From contig CAVUWD010000016.1 in assembly GCA_963745025.1 (NCBI GenBank), positions 160,001 to 224,000 on the forward strand: a stretch of 64,000 bases of DNA. The letters run 5' to 3'. Source of the DNA: an uncultured delta proteobacterium (GTDB lineage: Bacteria; Desulfobacterota; Binatia; JACPRU01). Below, piece by piece: positions 8,753 to 17,662 of this stretch. Under the pieces are notes generated by a model. That model saw nothing but the letters and a program-made list of their open reading frames with translations. It made no database searches and was not told the DNA's origin. The translations under genes and the position numbers were made by a program. Within the stretch, counting starts at the first letter, position 1. Each line of letters starts with the position of its first letter.

Positions 8753-10005
8753 CTATCTCAGGGCGCGCGGGACGATGGGCTCCGGTCCACCGGCTCTTGC
8801 TCGCCGCCGCGCTCACCTTCACGGGTGCAGTCGGGCCATCCGTGGCGCTCGCCGCGCCCGAGTCGCCGGCGGCGGGCCAGGCTCTGCGATCGATCATCGA
8901 GCGCTATTCGGTGGAGGACGCGAAGCAGGCGAAGCAAGCGGCTGCAGATGTCTTCTTCGAGTTCGAGGGATCGACGCTCGACCGCGATCTCGCGGCGCGT
9001 GCCCCCGCGCTCTATCGCCAGCTGGAAGGCGAGTGGATGCGTCTATTGGCGGCCATGGACGGCGGGCGTTCCGAGGAGCAGGTGCGGGCGCAGGGCGAGC
9101 AGGTTCTCGCGCTCCTCGAGCGCGGCGGCGCCCAGGCTGCCGACGGCGGCGGCAGCGTCTTCGTCGATTCGCTGCTCATCATCCTGCGCGAGGGGTTCGA
9201 GGCGATTCTCATCGTGTCGGCCCTCGCCGCGTATCTCGTGCGCATCGGCGAACGGTCGCGCGCGCCGTATCTCTACGGCGGAGCGGCGCTCGCCGTCGGC
9301 GCGAGCGTCCTCCTCTGGATTGCGGCGCGCAGCGTTCTCGTGCTCTCCGGCGCGGAGCGGGATGCGCTCGAAGGCTGGACGATTCTGCTCGCCACCGGTG
9401 TTCTCTTCTGGGTCTCGTACTGGCTCGTGTCGAAGGCCGAGGCCGATCGCTGGCAGGCGTTCGTCAAGAGCCGAGTCGACCGCGCCGTCGGACGAGGGGC
9501 GCTCTTCGGCCTGGCCTTCCTCTCGTTCGTGGTCGTGTTCCGTGAGGGGCTCGAGACCGTGCTGTTCTACGAAGCGGTTGCCGCGCGTACTCGGGATGCC
9601 TCGGACCAGTCGTTGCTCGTCGCGGGATTCGTCACGGGCTGCGGGGCCCTCGCGGCTCTCTCTGTGCTGTTTCAGAAGCTGGGACCGCGCATCCCGATGC
9701 GCGCCTTCTTCAACGTCACCGGCGGGCTTCTCTACTTCATGGCGTTTCGCTTCGCGGGCGCCGGCGTCCGCGAGTTGCAGGAGGCCGGTGTTCTAGGGCA
9801 GACGCCGCTCGATTTCGTGCCCGAGTCGAGAGCGCTCGCGCAGTGGCTCGGTCTCTTTCCTTATCTCGAGCCGCTCGCCCTCCAGGGCGTGCTCGTCGTT
9901 CTGGCTCTGTTCGCCTTCTTCCAAACGTGGCGCCGCCGTCGTGTTCCTGCCGCCGCCGCGCCGCCGGCAGTCGAGCAGCAGCGCGCCGTGGCCGGCCGCC
10001 GCTGA
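8743..10005 (+). CDS. FTR1/EfeU family iron permease with N-terminal periplasmic helical domain
   Basis: Two RExxE motifs (REGFE, REGLE), about 7 TM segments, signal peptide ending VALA. Start uncertain. Confidence 0.92.
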   Translation: MNFTISGRAGRWAPVHRLLLAAALTFTGAVGPSVALAAPESPAAGQALRSIIERYSVEDAKQAKQAAADVFFEFEGSTLDRDLAARAPALYRQLEGEWMRLLAAMDGGRSEEQVRAQGEQVLALLERGGAQAADGGGSVFVDSLLIILREGFEAILIVSALAAYLVRIGERSRAPYLYGGAALAVGASVLLWIAARSVLVLSGAERDALEGWTILLATGVLFWVSYWLVSKAEADRWQAFVKSRVDRAVGRGALFGLAFLSFVVVFREGLETVLFYEAVAARTRDASDQSLLVAGFVTGCGALAALSVLFQKLGPRIPMRAFFNVTGGLLYFMAFRFAGAGVRELQEAGVLGQTPLDFVPESRALAQWLGLFPYLEPLALQGVLVVLALFAFFQTWRRRRVPAAAAPPAVEQQRAVAGRR

Positions 10006-10020
10006 TGAAAAAGCGCCGCT

Positions 10021-10046
10021 GAAAAAAGAGACCGGATCTCTTTTTC
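10021..10046. terminator. Probable bidirectional terminator between convergent FTR1 and CDF genes
   Basis: gaaaaaagaga-ccgga-tctctttttc inverted repeat. Confidence 0.55.
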
Positions 10047-10063
10047 GTCGGCGTGAGCCGTTT

Positions 10064-10975
10064 TCACGCGTGGTCTGTCGTTTCGCAGGTGGTTTCCGGC
10101 CCCCATTCGACCTGGATCGTCGCGTGGTCGATGCCGGCCGCTTCCTTGAGGAGCTTCTGCACCGCTCGTAGCACCTCGCCGCGCGGGCTCTCCTGGGCGG
10201 CGCGGATGTGCACCGTCGCCGAGTGCAATCCCGACGTGAGCGTCCAAAAGTGCAGATCGTGAAGCTCGACGACGCCGGGAACGGCGAGTATCCTTTGGCG
10301 GACTTCCGTGAGATCGACCTCGCGCGGCGTGCCCTCGAGCAGGATGTGTGCCGATTGGCGGAGAAGGGTTACCATCCGCGGCAACACCAGGCAGCCGATT
10401 CCCGCAGACACCAACGGATCGACCCAGAACCAGCGCGTGACGCTCATCAATATCGCGGCAAGCGCGACTCCGAGCGCCCCGAGCGCGTCGCTCAGCACCT
10501 CGAGGTACGCCGCCTTCAAGTTGAGGCTATGCTCGCTTCCTTCGTGCAAGAGCGCGACCGACACGACGTTGGCGGCGAGCCCGGCGACGGCGACGGCCGT
10601 CATCAGGCTGGTATGGATCTCGGGCGGCGCGAGCAGCCTCATGTAGGCCTCGTAGAAGAGGAACCCGGTCACGATCAAGAGCAGCTCCGCATTGACGAAC
10701 GCCGCGAGGATCTCCGCGCGATACAGCCCGAAGGTGTATTTCTTGGTCGGCACGACCTCGGCGAGCGTCATCGCGCCGTAGGCGAGTATCAGCGCCGCAA
10801 CGTCGGCGAACAGGTGGGTCGCATCGGCGAGCAGCGCGAGGCTGCCGGAGGCGAGCCCGCCGGCGATCTCGATCACGAGGAAGACGAGAACCAACACGAG
10901 CACGCCGCGCAGGCGGCGCTTGTGGAATTCCCGGTTCCTTCCCCGTTCGGCGTCGTGCGGTTGCACTGCGATCAT
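10064..10975 (-). CDS. czcD: Cation diffusion facilitator (CzcD/ZitB-like)
   Basis: SLALLADATH, YTFGLYRAEILAAFVN, SLNLKAAYLEVLSD, ILLEGTP, HDLHFW, HATIQVE. Confidence 0.92.
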   Translation of the reverse strand: MIAVQPHDAERGRNREFHKRRLRGVLVLVLVFLVIEIAGGLASGSLALLADATHLFADVAALILAYGAMTLAEVVPTKKYTFGLYRAEILAAFVNAELLLIVTGFLFYEAYMRLLAPPEIHTSLMTAVAVAGLAANVVSVALLHEGSEHSLNLKAAYLEVLSDALGALGVALAAILMSVTRWFWVDPLVSAGIGCLVLPRMVTLLRQSAHILLEGTPREVDLTEVRQRILAVPGVVELHDLHFWTLTSGLHSATVHIRAAQESPRGEVLRAVQKLLKEAAGIDHATIQVEWGPETTCETTDHA

Positions 10976-11069
10976 CCTGTGCGATCTCGCGAAACTTGCC
11001 AAGCGTCACTCGCTCGGCGGGGGCCGCGATCTACGCAGCAGCGCGAGCCTCTGCTACGATCCTCCACGG

Positions 11070-11741
11070 GTGATCCGTCTCTACCATGTCTCCAAGGTCT
11101 ATCCGCCGCGGTTCACCGCGTTGAGCGACGTCTCGCTCGCGATCGAGCCCGGCGAATTCGTGTTCCTGACGGGCCCGAGCGGGGCGGGCAAGACGACCCT
11201 GCTTCGGCTGCTGCTCGGCGCCGAGACGCCGACCGTGGGACAGGTCGTGATCGGTGGCAGGAACCTGGTGCGCCTCGGGCGCCGGGGGATCGCCAAGTTG
11301 CGCCGCTCGACGGGAATGGTGTTCCAGGACGCCAAGCTGCTTCCCGGGCTCCCAGTGCTCGACAACGTCGCATTGCCCGCCGAGGCGGCGGGCGAATCAT
11401 CGAAGGAGGCGCGCCGCAAGGCATTTGCGCTGCTCCGTGACCTCGGATTGAAGGACTTGGTGCGCCGCTACCCGCGTTCCTTGTCGGGGGGAGAGCAGCA
11501 GCGAGTGGCGCTCGCGCGTGCGCTCGTCAACGAGCCTGGGTTACTCCTCGCCGACGAGCCGACCGGCAACTTGGACGAAGAGTCGGCGCGCCGGGTCGTG
11601 GAGCTCATGGTGCGCGCCCATTCCGGAGGGGCGACGGTCGTGCTCGCAACACACGACCCGCAGCTACTGGGTGCGGTGTCCGGTCGGCAGATCACGCTGC
11701 GAGCGGGACACTTGGTCGACGGTGGGGCCGCGGCCGAATGA
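11070..11741 (+). CDS. ftsE: Cell division ATP-binding protein FtsE
   Basis: [37 protein letters not shown]; adjacent to ftsX. Confidence 0.92.
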   Translation: MIRLYHVSKVYPPRFTALSDVSLAIEPGEFVFLTGPSGAGKTTLLRLLLGAETPTVGQVVIGGRNLVRLGRRGIAKLRRSTGMVFQDAKLLPGLPVLDNVALPAEAAGESSKEARRKAFALLRDLGLKDLVRRYPRSLSGGEQQRVALARALVNEPGLLLADEPTGNLDEESARRVVELMVRAHSGGATVVLATHDPQLLGAVSGRQITLRAGHLVDGGAAAE

Positions 11742-12649
11742 GACGGTTCCACCCCTTCTATTTCGTCCGTCGCGCGCTCGCCAACCTGCGCGGCGCCCCG
11801 CGGCCCGCCGCGGTCACCGCTTCGACGATCGCGATCGCGATCTTCCTGTTTGGTGCGTTCTGGCTCTTCGGCGAGAACCTCTACCGTACGCTGGTCGGCT
11901 GGGCGGGGGAGGGAGATCCCCTGGTCGTCTACGCGAAGCGAGGCCTGCCGCCGGCGACGACCGAGGCGCTCGCCCGCCAGATCCAGACGCAGCCGGAGGT
12001 GGCGCGGGTGCGCGTGATTCCCCCCGCGGAGGGGCTGAAGGATCTCCGCCGCACGCTCGGCAGCGACGCCGACGTTCTCGAAGGAATCGATGCCGAGGTG
12101 CTGCCGGCCATCGTCTCGGTCGGGCTGCGCCGAACGACGCTCGACCCGACGGTCACGGAGCTGCTCGCCGCCCGCATCCGGCACTTCGAAGGCGTGGAGA
12201 CGGTCGATTCGCAGGTCGCGTGGATCGAGCGCTTCGCCAAGCTCGGCCGCTGGCTCATGTGGGTGGGCTTCGGCTGGGCCCTGATCCTTGGCTTCGGCGC
12301 GTTGCTGGTGATCGGGAACTCGGCGCGCTTGGCGGCGCTGACCCGCAAGGAGGAGATCGAGGTCCTGCGGCTCGTTGGAGCGTCGGAAGCCTTCATCGTT
12401 GTGCCGTTCTTCATCGAGGGTGCGATCCAGGGACTGGCCGGATCGCTGCTCGGGACGGGCGCGCTCGCGGCGGCGTTCTTCGCGCTCGAGCGATCCCTCG
12501 AGGATGGCTCGCTTCTCCCCTTGTTCACACCCTCGCTCGCGTTTCTCGAGCCGCGTTTGATCGGCGTTCTGCTCACGGCCGGGCCGCTTCTCGGAGCAAT
12601 CGGCAGCGCCGGCTCGGCGCGCCGCTACCTCCGCGGGGTGGAGCTGTGA
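11738..12649 (+). CDS. ftsX: Cell division permease FtsX
   Basis: EIEVLRLVGAS..FIVVPFFIEG, 4-TM layout. Confidence 0.92.
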   Translation: MRRFHPFYFVRRALANLRGAPRPAAVTASTIAIAIFLFGAFWLFGENLYRTLVGWAGEGDPLVVYAKRGLPPATTEALARQIQTQPEVARVRVIPPAEGLKDLRRTLGSDADVLEGIDAEVLPAIVSVGLRRTTLDPTVTELLAARIRHFEGVETVDSQVAWIERFAKLGRWLMWVGFGWALILGFGALLVIGNSARLAALTRKEEIEVLRLVGASEAFIVVPFFIEGAIQGLAGSLLGTGALAAAFFALERSLEDGSLLPLFTPSLAFLEPRLIGVLLTAGPLLGAIGSAGSARRYLRGVEL

Positions 12650-13758
12650 GGCCTGCTCGCGGGCTCTGGCTGCCGACACTCGCGACGCTCTCGGTAGCGA
12701 CCGCGATCGGCGCCGGAGACTCCGCCGATCGCCTGAAGGAAGTCGAGCAAGAAATCCAGCGGACCGAGGAAGAGGCGAAATCCATCGAAGCGCAAGCAGA
12801 AGGGGTGCTCGGCGAGATCGATACCGTCGATCGCTCGATCAGCGACCACGCGCGGCGCCTGCGCGATCTGACCACCGAGATCCGCGCGGCCCAGGCGCGC
12901 ATGGATGCCGTCGAACGCACGATTGCCAAGCTCGACGCCGAGGAACCGCGCCTGCACGCACGCTTCGTCGCGCGAGCCCGGGGTCTCTATCGTCTGCGCC
13001 AGCGAGGGCTCGCACCAATCGTCTTCCAAGCGCCGCGCGATTGGGGCGAGGCCACTCGCTACCAGCGAAGCCTCGAAGCGGTGCTCGCATACGACCACGC
13101 GCTCGCAGCGGAGCTGCGCCGCAATCGTGGCGAGGCGGCCGCCGCCCGGGAGCAGGCGGCTTCCGAAGCGGCGACGCTCGCGGCACGCCGCAAGGACAGC
13201 GCTCGGGAGCTCGAATCCCTCCGTGCCGAGCGGGCCAAGAAGCAAACGATACTCGCGTCGCTGCGAGGCGAAGGGCAGAAGCGCACGCGTCTTCTCGACG
13301 AGCTCAAATCCTCGGCGGAGAAGCTTCGGGAGCTGATCGAAAAAGAGGAAGCGTCAAAGACGCCGCCGTTCGAACCTCCCGCGGGTTCGGCCGTGCACAT
13401 GCGGTTCCCGATCCGCTCGGTGGGCGAGGCGGTCACCTCGGTCCGTAACGGCGTCGAGATCCGGGCTGCGGCAGGGACGTCGATTCAGGCGGTGAAAGCC
13501 GGACGCGTGGTCTTTGCCGGCTGGTTTGCCGGCTACGGCAAAATGGTGATTCTCGATCACGGCGACCATCTCTACACGGTGTACGGCTACGCGGAGAGTC
13601 TGCTCGTCGAGGCCGGCCGGGTCGTCGACGCCGGCGATCTCATCGCCACCGTCGGCGTGACCGGACCCGTCATCGCGCCGAGCCTCTACTTCGAGATTCG
13701 CGACCACGGCGTGCCGCGCGACCCGGCCTCCTACATCCCCGCGCTCGCACGGAAGTGA
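12646..13758 (+). CDS. envC: Murein hydrolase activator EnvC (coiled coil plus degenerate M23)
   Basis: Signal peptide, long coiled coil, GRVVFAGWFAGYGKMVILDHG, LYFEIR; zinc ligands absent (RNGVE, YGY). Confidence 0.88.
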   Translation: MRPARGLWLPTLATLSVATAIGAGDSADRLKEVEQEIQRTEEEAKSIEAQAEGVLGEIDTVDRSISDHARRLRDLTTEIRAAQARMDAVERTIAKLDAEEPRLHARFVARARGLYRLRQRGLAPIVFQAPRDWGEATRYQRSLEAVLAYDHALAAELRRNRGEAAAAREQAASEAATLAARRKDSARELESLRAERAKKQTILASLRGEGQKRTRLLDELKSSAEKLRELIEKEEASKTPPFEPPAGSAVHMRFPIRSVGEAVTSVRNGVEIRAAAGTSIQAVKAGRVVFAGWFAGYGKMVILDHGDHLYTVYGYAESLLVEAGRVVDAGDLIATVGVTGPVIAPSLYFEIRDHGVPRDPASYIPALARK

Positions 13759-13795
13759 GCGCAGTCGTCCTCACTCTCACGGGGCAGTGTAACGT

Positions 13796-14035
13796 CTCAG
13801 TCTCGGGTGCGAGCGCTCGAAATTCCTGATGCGCTGGATCTTCCGGTCGGCCCGTGCTCGGGTCGACCGGAAGATCCAGGCACCGCGCGGAAGCGCGGAA
13901 GGCAATAGACCAACTCGCGGGTTATTACCTCCCGCGCTCCGCGCGGTTGCGGTCGGTTGTGATCGACCCGAATACGGGCCGATCACAACCGACCGCGCTC
14001 TTCGTTGTCCCGAAGCACTCGCGGCGAAGACTGAG
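13796..14035. repeat. Three-hairpin cloverleaf palindromic element, copy A
   Basis: Closing IR ctcagtct/agactgag; hairpins at 13834-13879, 13882-13947 and 13949-13996. Homologous to 27320-27572. Confidence 0.9.
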
Positions 14036-14059
14036 CTCTCACCGAGCGTCACCATCGCG

Positions 14060-14088
14060 TTGACTGGCTGCGGACCCTCGGTTAAGAC
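14060..14088 (+). promoter_or_regulatory. Putative sigma70 promoter of lysS (near-leaderless)
   Basis: TTGACT-17bp-TAAGAC; ATG 9 bp downstream with no SD. Confidence 0.5.
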
Positions 14089-14097
14089 AACGGCCCA

Positions 14098-15582
14098 ATG
14101 CCCGATTCCGCCAGTGATCTGCTGGTCGCGCGCCGGCGGAAGCTCGAGGCGCTGCGTGCACGCGGCGGTGTTGCCTTTCCGAACGATTTCGTCCCCGATC
14201 GGACGACCGGCGAGGCACGCACGCGCTTCGGCGATGTGAGCGCCGAGCGTCTGGCGGATGCGAAAGAGACGGTGCGCCTCGCGGGACGCATCGTCGGCAT
14301 GCGCGACTTCGGCAAGGCGGCATTCTTTCACTTGCAAGATCGCAGTGGCCGGCTGCAGGTCTACGTCAAGCGCGAAGAGCTCGGCGAGGAAGGATTCGCG
14401 GTCTACCGGCACTGCGACGTCGGCGACGTCGTCGGTGTGGAAGGCGAGCTCTTTCGCACGCGAACCGGGGAGCTGACCCTGCTCGCGCGCCGCTTCCGAA
14501 TCCTCACCAAGTCGCTTCGGCCGCTTCCCGAGAAGTGGCACGGTCTCGCCGACACCGAGATCCGCTATCGGCAGCGCTACCTCGACCTGATCGCCAACCC
14601 GCAAGCCGCCGAGGTCTTCCGCAAGCGTGCCGCGATCATGCAGAAGATTCGCGACTACTTCGCCGCACGCGATTTCATCGAGGTCGAGACGCCGATGATG
14701 CAGCTCACCGCCGGGGGCGCCGCGGCCCGGCCCTTCGTCACCCACCACAATGCGCTGGATCTCGATCTCTACCTGCGCATCGCACCCGAGCTGTATCTGA
14801 AGCGTCTCGTGGTCGGCGGATTCGAGCGCGTCTTCGAGCTCTCCAGGGTGTTTCGCAACGAAGGCGTGTCGACGCAGCACAATCCCGAGTTCACGCTCCT
14901 CGAGTTCTACATGGCGTATGCGGATTACCACAGGCTCATGGAGATCACCGAAGAGCTCTTCTGCGAGCTCGCGCGGGAAGCGGCCGGCGGTCTCCGACTG
15001 CCGTGGGGAAAGCACGAGATCGATCTCACGCCCCCCTGGAAGCGGCTCACGCTGCGCCAGGCGGTGCGCAGCCACGCCGGAGCTCGTGACGCGGACCTCG
15101 CCTCGGAAGCGTCGCTACGGGCGTTTGCCGCGGGTCGGGGCCTGGCGCTCGACAAGAGCTGGGGCGCGGGCAGGATTCTTCTCGAGCTCTTCGAGGCCTT
15201 CGCCGAAGACAAGCTCGTCTCGCCGACCTTCGTGTTGGGATATCCGGTGGAGGTCTCACCTCTTGCGCGGCGCAATCCGGACGACCCCGAGATCACGGAC
15301 CGCTTCGAGCTCTACATCGCCGGACGGGAGATGGCGAACGCGTTTTCCGAGCTGAACGATCCCGACGACCAGCGCCGCCGTTTCGAAGCCCAGGCACGCG
15401 CCAAGGCCGCTGGCGACGAGGAGGCGCAGGAGATGGATGAGGACTTCGTGCTCGCGCTCGAGCACGCCATGCCGCCGACCGCGGGAGAAGGCGTGGGGGT
15501 CGATCGATTGGTGATGATGCTCACCAATCAGTCGTCGATCCGCGACGTGATCCTCTTTCCGCTGCTTCGCCCGCCTGCCTGA
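14098..15582 (+). CDS. lysS: Lysine--tRNA ligase (class II)
   Basis: LPEKWHGL, YRQRYLDL, EVETPMM, LRIAPELYLKRL, FRNEG, HNPEFT, IRDVILFP. Confidence 0.98.
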   Translation: MPDSASDLLVARRRKLEALRARGGVAFPNDFVPDRTTGEARTRFGDVSAERLADAKETVRLAGRIVGMRDFGKAAFFHLQDRSGRLQVYVKREELGEEGFAVYRHCDVGDVVGVEGELFRTRTGELTLLARRFRILTKSLRPLPEKWHGLADTEIRYRQRYLDLIANPQAAEVFRKRAAIMQKIRDYFAARDFIEVETPMMQLTAGGAAARPFVTHHNALDLDLYLRIAPELYLKRLVVGGFERVFELSRVFRNEGVSTQHNPEFTLLEFYMAYADYHRLMEITEELFCELAREAAGGLRLPWGKHEIDLTPPWKRLTLRQAVRSHAGARDADLASEASLRAFAAGRGLALDKSWGAGRILLELFEAFAEDKLVSPTFVLGYPVEVSPLARRNPDDPEITDRFELYIAGREMANAFSELNDPDDQRRRFEAQARAKAAGDEEAQEMDEDFVLALEHAMPPTAGEGVGVDRLVMMLTNQSSIRDVILFPLLRPPA

Positions 15583-15592
15583 GCCGCTTTCC

Positions 15593-16855
15593 GTGCGGTA
15601 CGAGCTGTTCATCAGCCTGCGCTACCTCCGCGCGAAGCGCCGAGAGGCGTTCATCAGCCTGATCACGCTGATCTCGATCCTCGGCGTGACGATCAGCGTG
15701 ACGACGCTCGACATCGCGCTGTCGGTGACCACCGGCTTCGAAAACGATTTGCGAAACCGGATCCTCGGCTTCACGCCGCACGTGATCGTCACCAGCTACG
15801 GCGGGCCGATCGCGGATCCGGCAAAGGTGATGGGCCCGATCCTGCGCACGCCCGGCGTGGTGGCGGCTGCTCCGTACGTGTACGTGCAGGCCATGGTCTC
15901 CTACGGCAGCGCCGTCACCGGCGTTTTCATCCGCGGCGTCGAGCCCGAGCGGGCGCACGCGGTGGTCGACGTGAAGCGCTTCCTGCGCAGCGGCAGCTTC
16001 GACGAGATGGGCAAGCCGCACGACGTGACGATCCACGAACAAGGGGAGGAGAGGCGGGTGGCGCTGTCCGGCGTGGTCATCGGCGTCGAGCTCGCCAAGC
16101 AGCTCGGCGTCAGCGAGGGCAGCGCGGTCACGGTCATTCTGCCCGTGGGTACGCCCTCCTCGCTCGGGATGGTTCCGCGCATCAAGCGCTTCGCGGTCGT
16201 CGGCCTCTTCGACTCGGGGATGGCCGAGTTCGATTCGAGCCTCATGTATATGGCGCTTGCCGACGCGCAGGGCTTGGTCGGCCTGAAGGACGCCGTCACG
16301 GGAGTGGAAGTCCGCACGGAGCGAATCGACCAAGCCGCGGAAGTCGCCGCGCGGATCGCAAAGAGCGGACTCGGATTTCCCTACGAAGCGCGGGATTGGA
16401 TGCAGATGAACCGCAACGTGTTCATCGCGCTGCGGTTGGAGAAGCTCGTCTATTTTCTCGTGCTCTCGCTCATGCTCGTGGTTGCGGGCTTCTCCATTCT
16501 CGCGACGTTGATCATGGTCGTGATGGAGAAGCGAAAAGACATCGCGATTTTGAAGTCGATGGGGGCCACGGACGGCTCGGTGGCGCGAATCTTCGTCTTC
16601 AAGGGGTTGGTGATCGGGCTCATCGGTACGGTTCTCGGTAACATCGGCGGTCTCGGCCTCTCCTGGTTGATCTCCCGATACAAGCTCCCGCTGCCGCACG
16701 GGGTGTTCTTCACCGAGACCGTGCCCGTCGAGATCGTTCCCGCCTACTTCGTGGCGGTGACCGTCGCGGCGTTCGTGGTCTGCTTGTTCGTCACGGCCTA
16801 TCCGGCGTCACGTGCGGCGCGCGTCGCCCCCGTGGACGTCATTCGCTATGAATGA
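15593..16855 (+). CDS. lolC: Lipoprotein-releasing ABC permease LolC/E
   Basis: [42 protein letters not shown]...RYE. Confidence 0.93.
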   Translation: MRYELFISLRYLRAKRREAFISLITLISILGVTISVTTLDIALSVTTGFENDLRNRILGFTPHVIVTSYGGPIADPAKVMGPILRTPGVVAAAPYVYVQAMVSYGSAVTGVFIRGVEPERAHAVVDVKRFLRSGSFDEMGKPHDVTIHEQGEERRVALSGVVIGVELAKQLGVSEGSAVTVILPVGTPSSLGMVPRIKRFAVVGLFDSGMAEFDSSLMYMALADAQGLVGLKDAVTGVEVRTERIDQAAEVAARIAKSGLGFPYEARDWMQMNRNVFIALRLEKLVYFLVLSLMLVVAGFSILATLIMVVMEKRKDIAILKSMGATDGSVARIFVFKGLVIGLIGTVLGNIGGLGLSWLISRYKLPLPHGVFFTETVPVEIVPAYFVAVTVAAFVVCLFVTAYPASRAARVAPVDVIRYE

Positions 16856-17576
16856 GGAGCTTGCTTCGGCGGCGGTCGGCGAGCCGCTCGTGTACGTCGA
16901 TGGGCTCGTCAAGCACTTCAGCGACGTCGGGCGGGTCGTGCGCGTGCTCGAGGGGGTGCATCTCGAGGTACAGCCAGCCGAGAAGATCGCCATCGTCGGC
17001 GAGTCGGGCGTGGGTAAATCGACGTTGCTGCACATCCTCGGGGCGCTCGACCGGCCGACCGCCGGGGTCGTGCGCTATGGCGGCGCCGACCTTCAGTCGC
17101 TCACGCCACGGGCGCTCGCCGCCTTCCGCAACCGCGACATCGGTTTCGTCTTCCAGTTCCACCACTTGATGGCGGATCTCACCGCCGAGGAGAACGTCAT
17201 GATGCCGGCGCTGATCGCCGGTCTGAGCTGGGATCGCGCTCGCCAAGAGGCGCGCGCCATCCTCGAGCGCGTGGGCCTCGCCGATCGGCTCGCGCACAAG
17301 CCTGGTGAGCTTTCCGGGGGCGAGCAGCAGCGGGTGTCGGTCGCGCGGGCGGTCGTGCGGTCCCCTCGGGCGCTCCTCGCCGACGAGCCCACGGGGAACC
17401 TCGATCCTGCCACGGGCGAGGAGGTCCAGCGCCTGCTGATCGAGCTCAACCGTGAGCGCGGCGTGGCGCTCGTCGTCGTCACCCACAATCCACGGCTCGC
17501 CGCGGCGATGGATCGCGTACTCCGTCTGCACGGCGGCCGCCTCGAGGCGGTTCGCGATCTCGGAGCACGGGTTTGA
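16848..17576 (+). CDS. lolD: Lipoprotein-releasing ABC ATPase LolD
   Basis: [39 protein letters not shown]. Confidence 0.94.
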   Translation: MNEELASAAVGEPLVYVDGLVKHFSDVGRVVRVLEGVHLEVQPAEKIAIVGESGVGKSTLLHILGALDRPTAGVVRYGGADLQSLTPRALAAFRNRDIGFVFQFHHLMADLTAEENVMMPALIAGLSWDRARQEARAILERVGLADRLAHKPGELSGGEQQRVSVARAVVRSPRALLADEPTGNLDPATGEEVQRLLIELNRERGVALVVVTHNPRLAAAMDRVLRLHGGRLEAVRDLGARV

Positions 17577-17662
17577 AGACCAGACGCCCGCCGCACGTCG
17601 AAGGGCCGTGCTGTACACCCCGCAAACCATCTGATACCACGGCGCAATTTCGTGAATTCCAC

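Noticed and set aside
13380-13758. EnvC M23 domain lacking zinc ligands as a possible pseudogene
   Set aside because: Catalytic degeneracy is normal for EnvC.
13834-13996. CRISPR array or integron attC interpretation of the hairpins
   Set aside because: There are no direct repeats with unique spacers and no cas genes. No RYYYAAC/GTTRRRY ends bound the hairpins, and there is no integrase or cassette array.
13774-14042. ctctcac direct repeat (13774-13780, 14036-14042) as a target-site duplication
   Set aside because: The left copy is 15 bp outside the terminal IR and copy B shows no equivalent duplication, so it is unproven.
13829-14239. Similar short ORFs across both cloverleaf copies (RWIFRSARARVDRKIQ / RWILRSARTRVDRKIQ; also 27291-27614 and 27328-27576)
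   Set aside because: The similarity follows from the DNA repeat. Frames diverge across the inverted middle hairpin, and there is no SD or protein motif.
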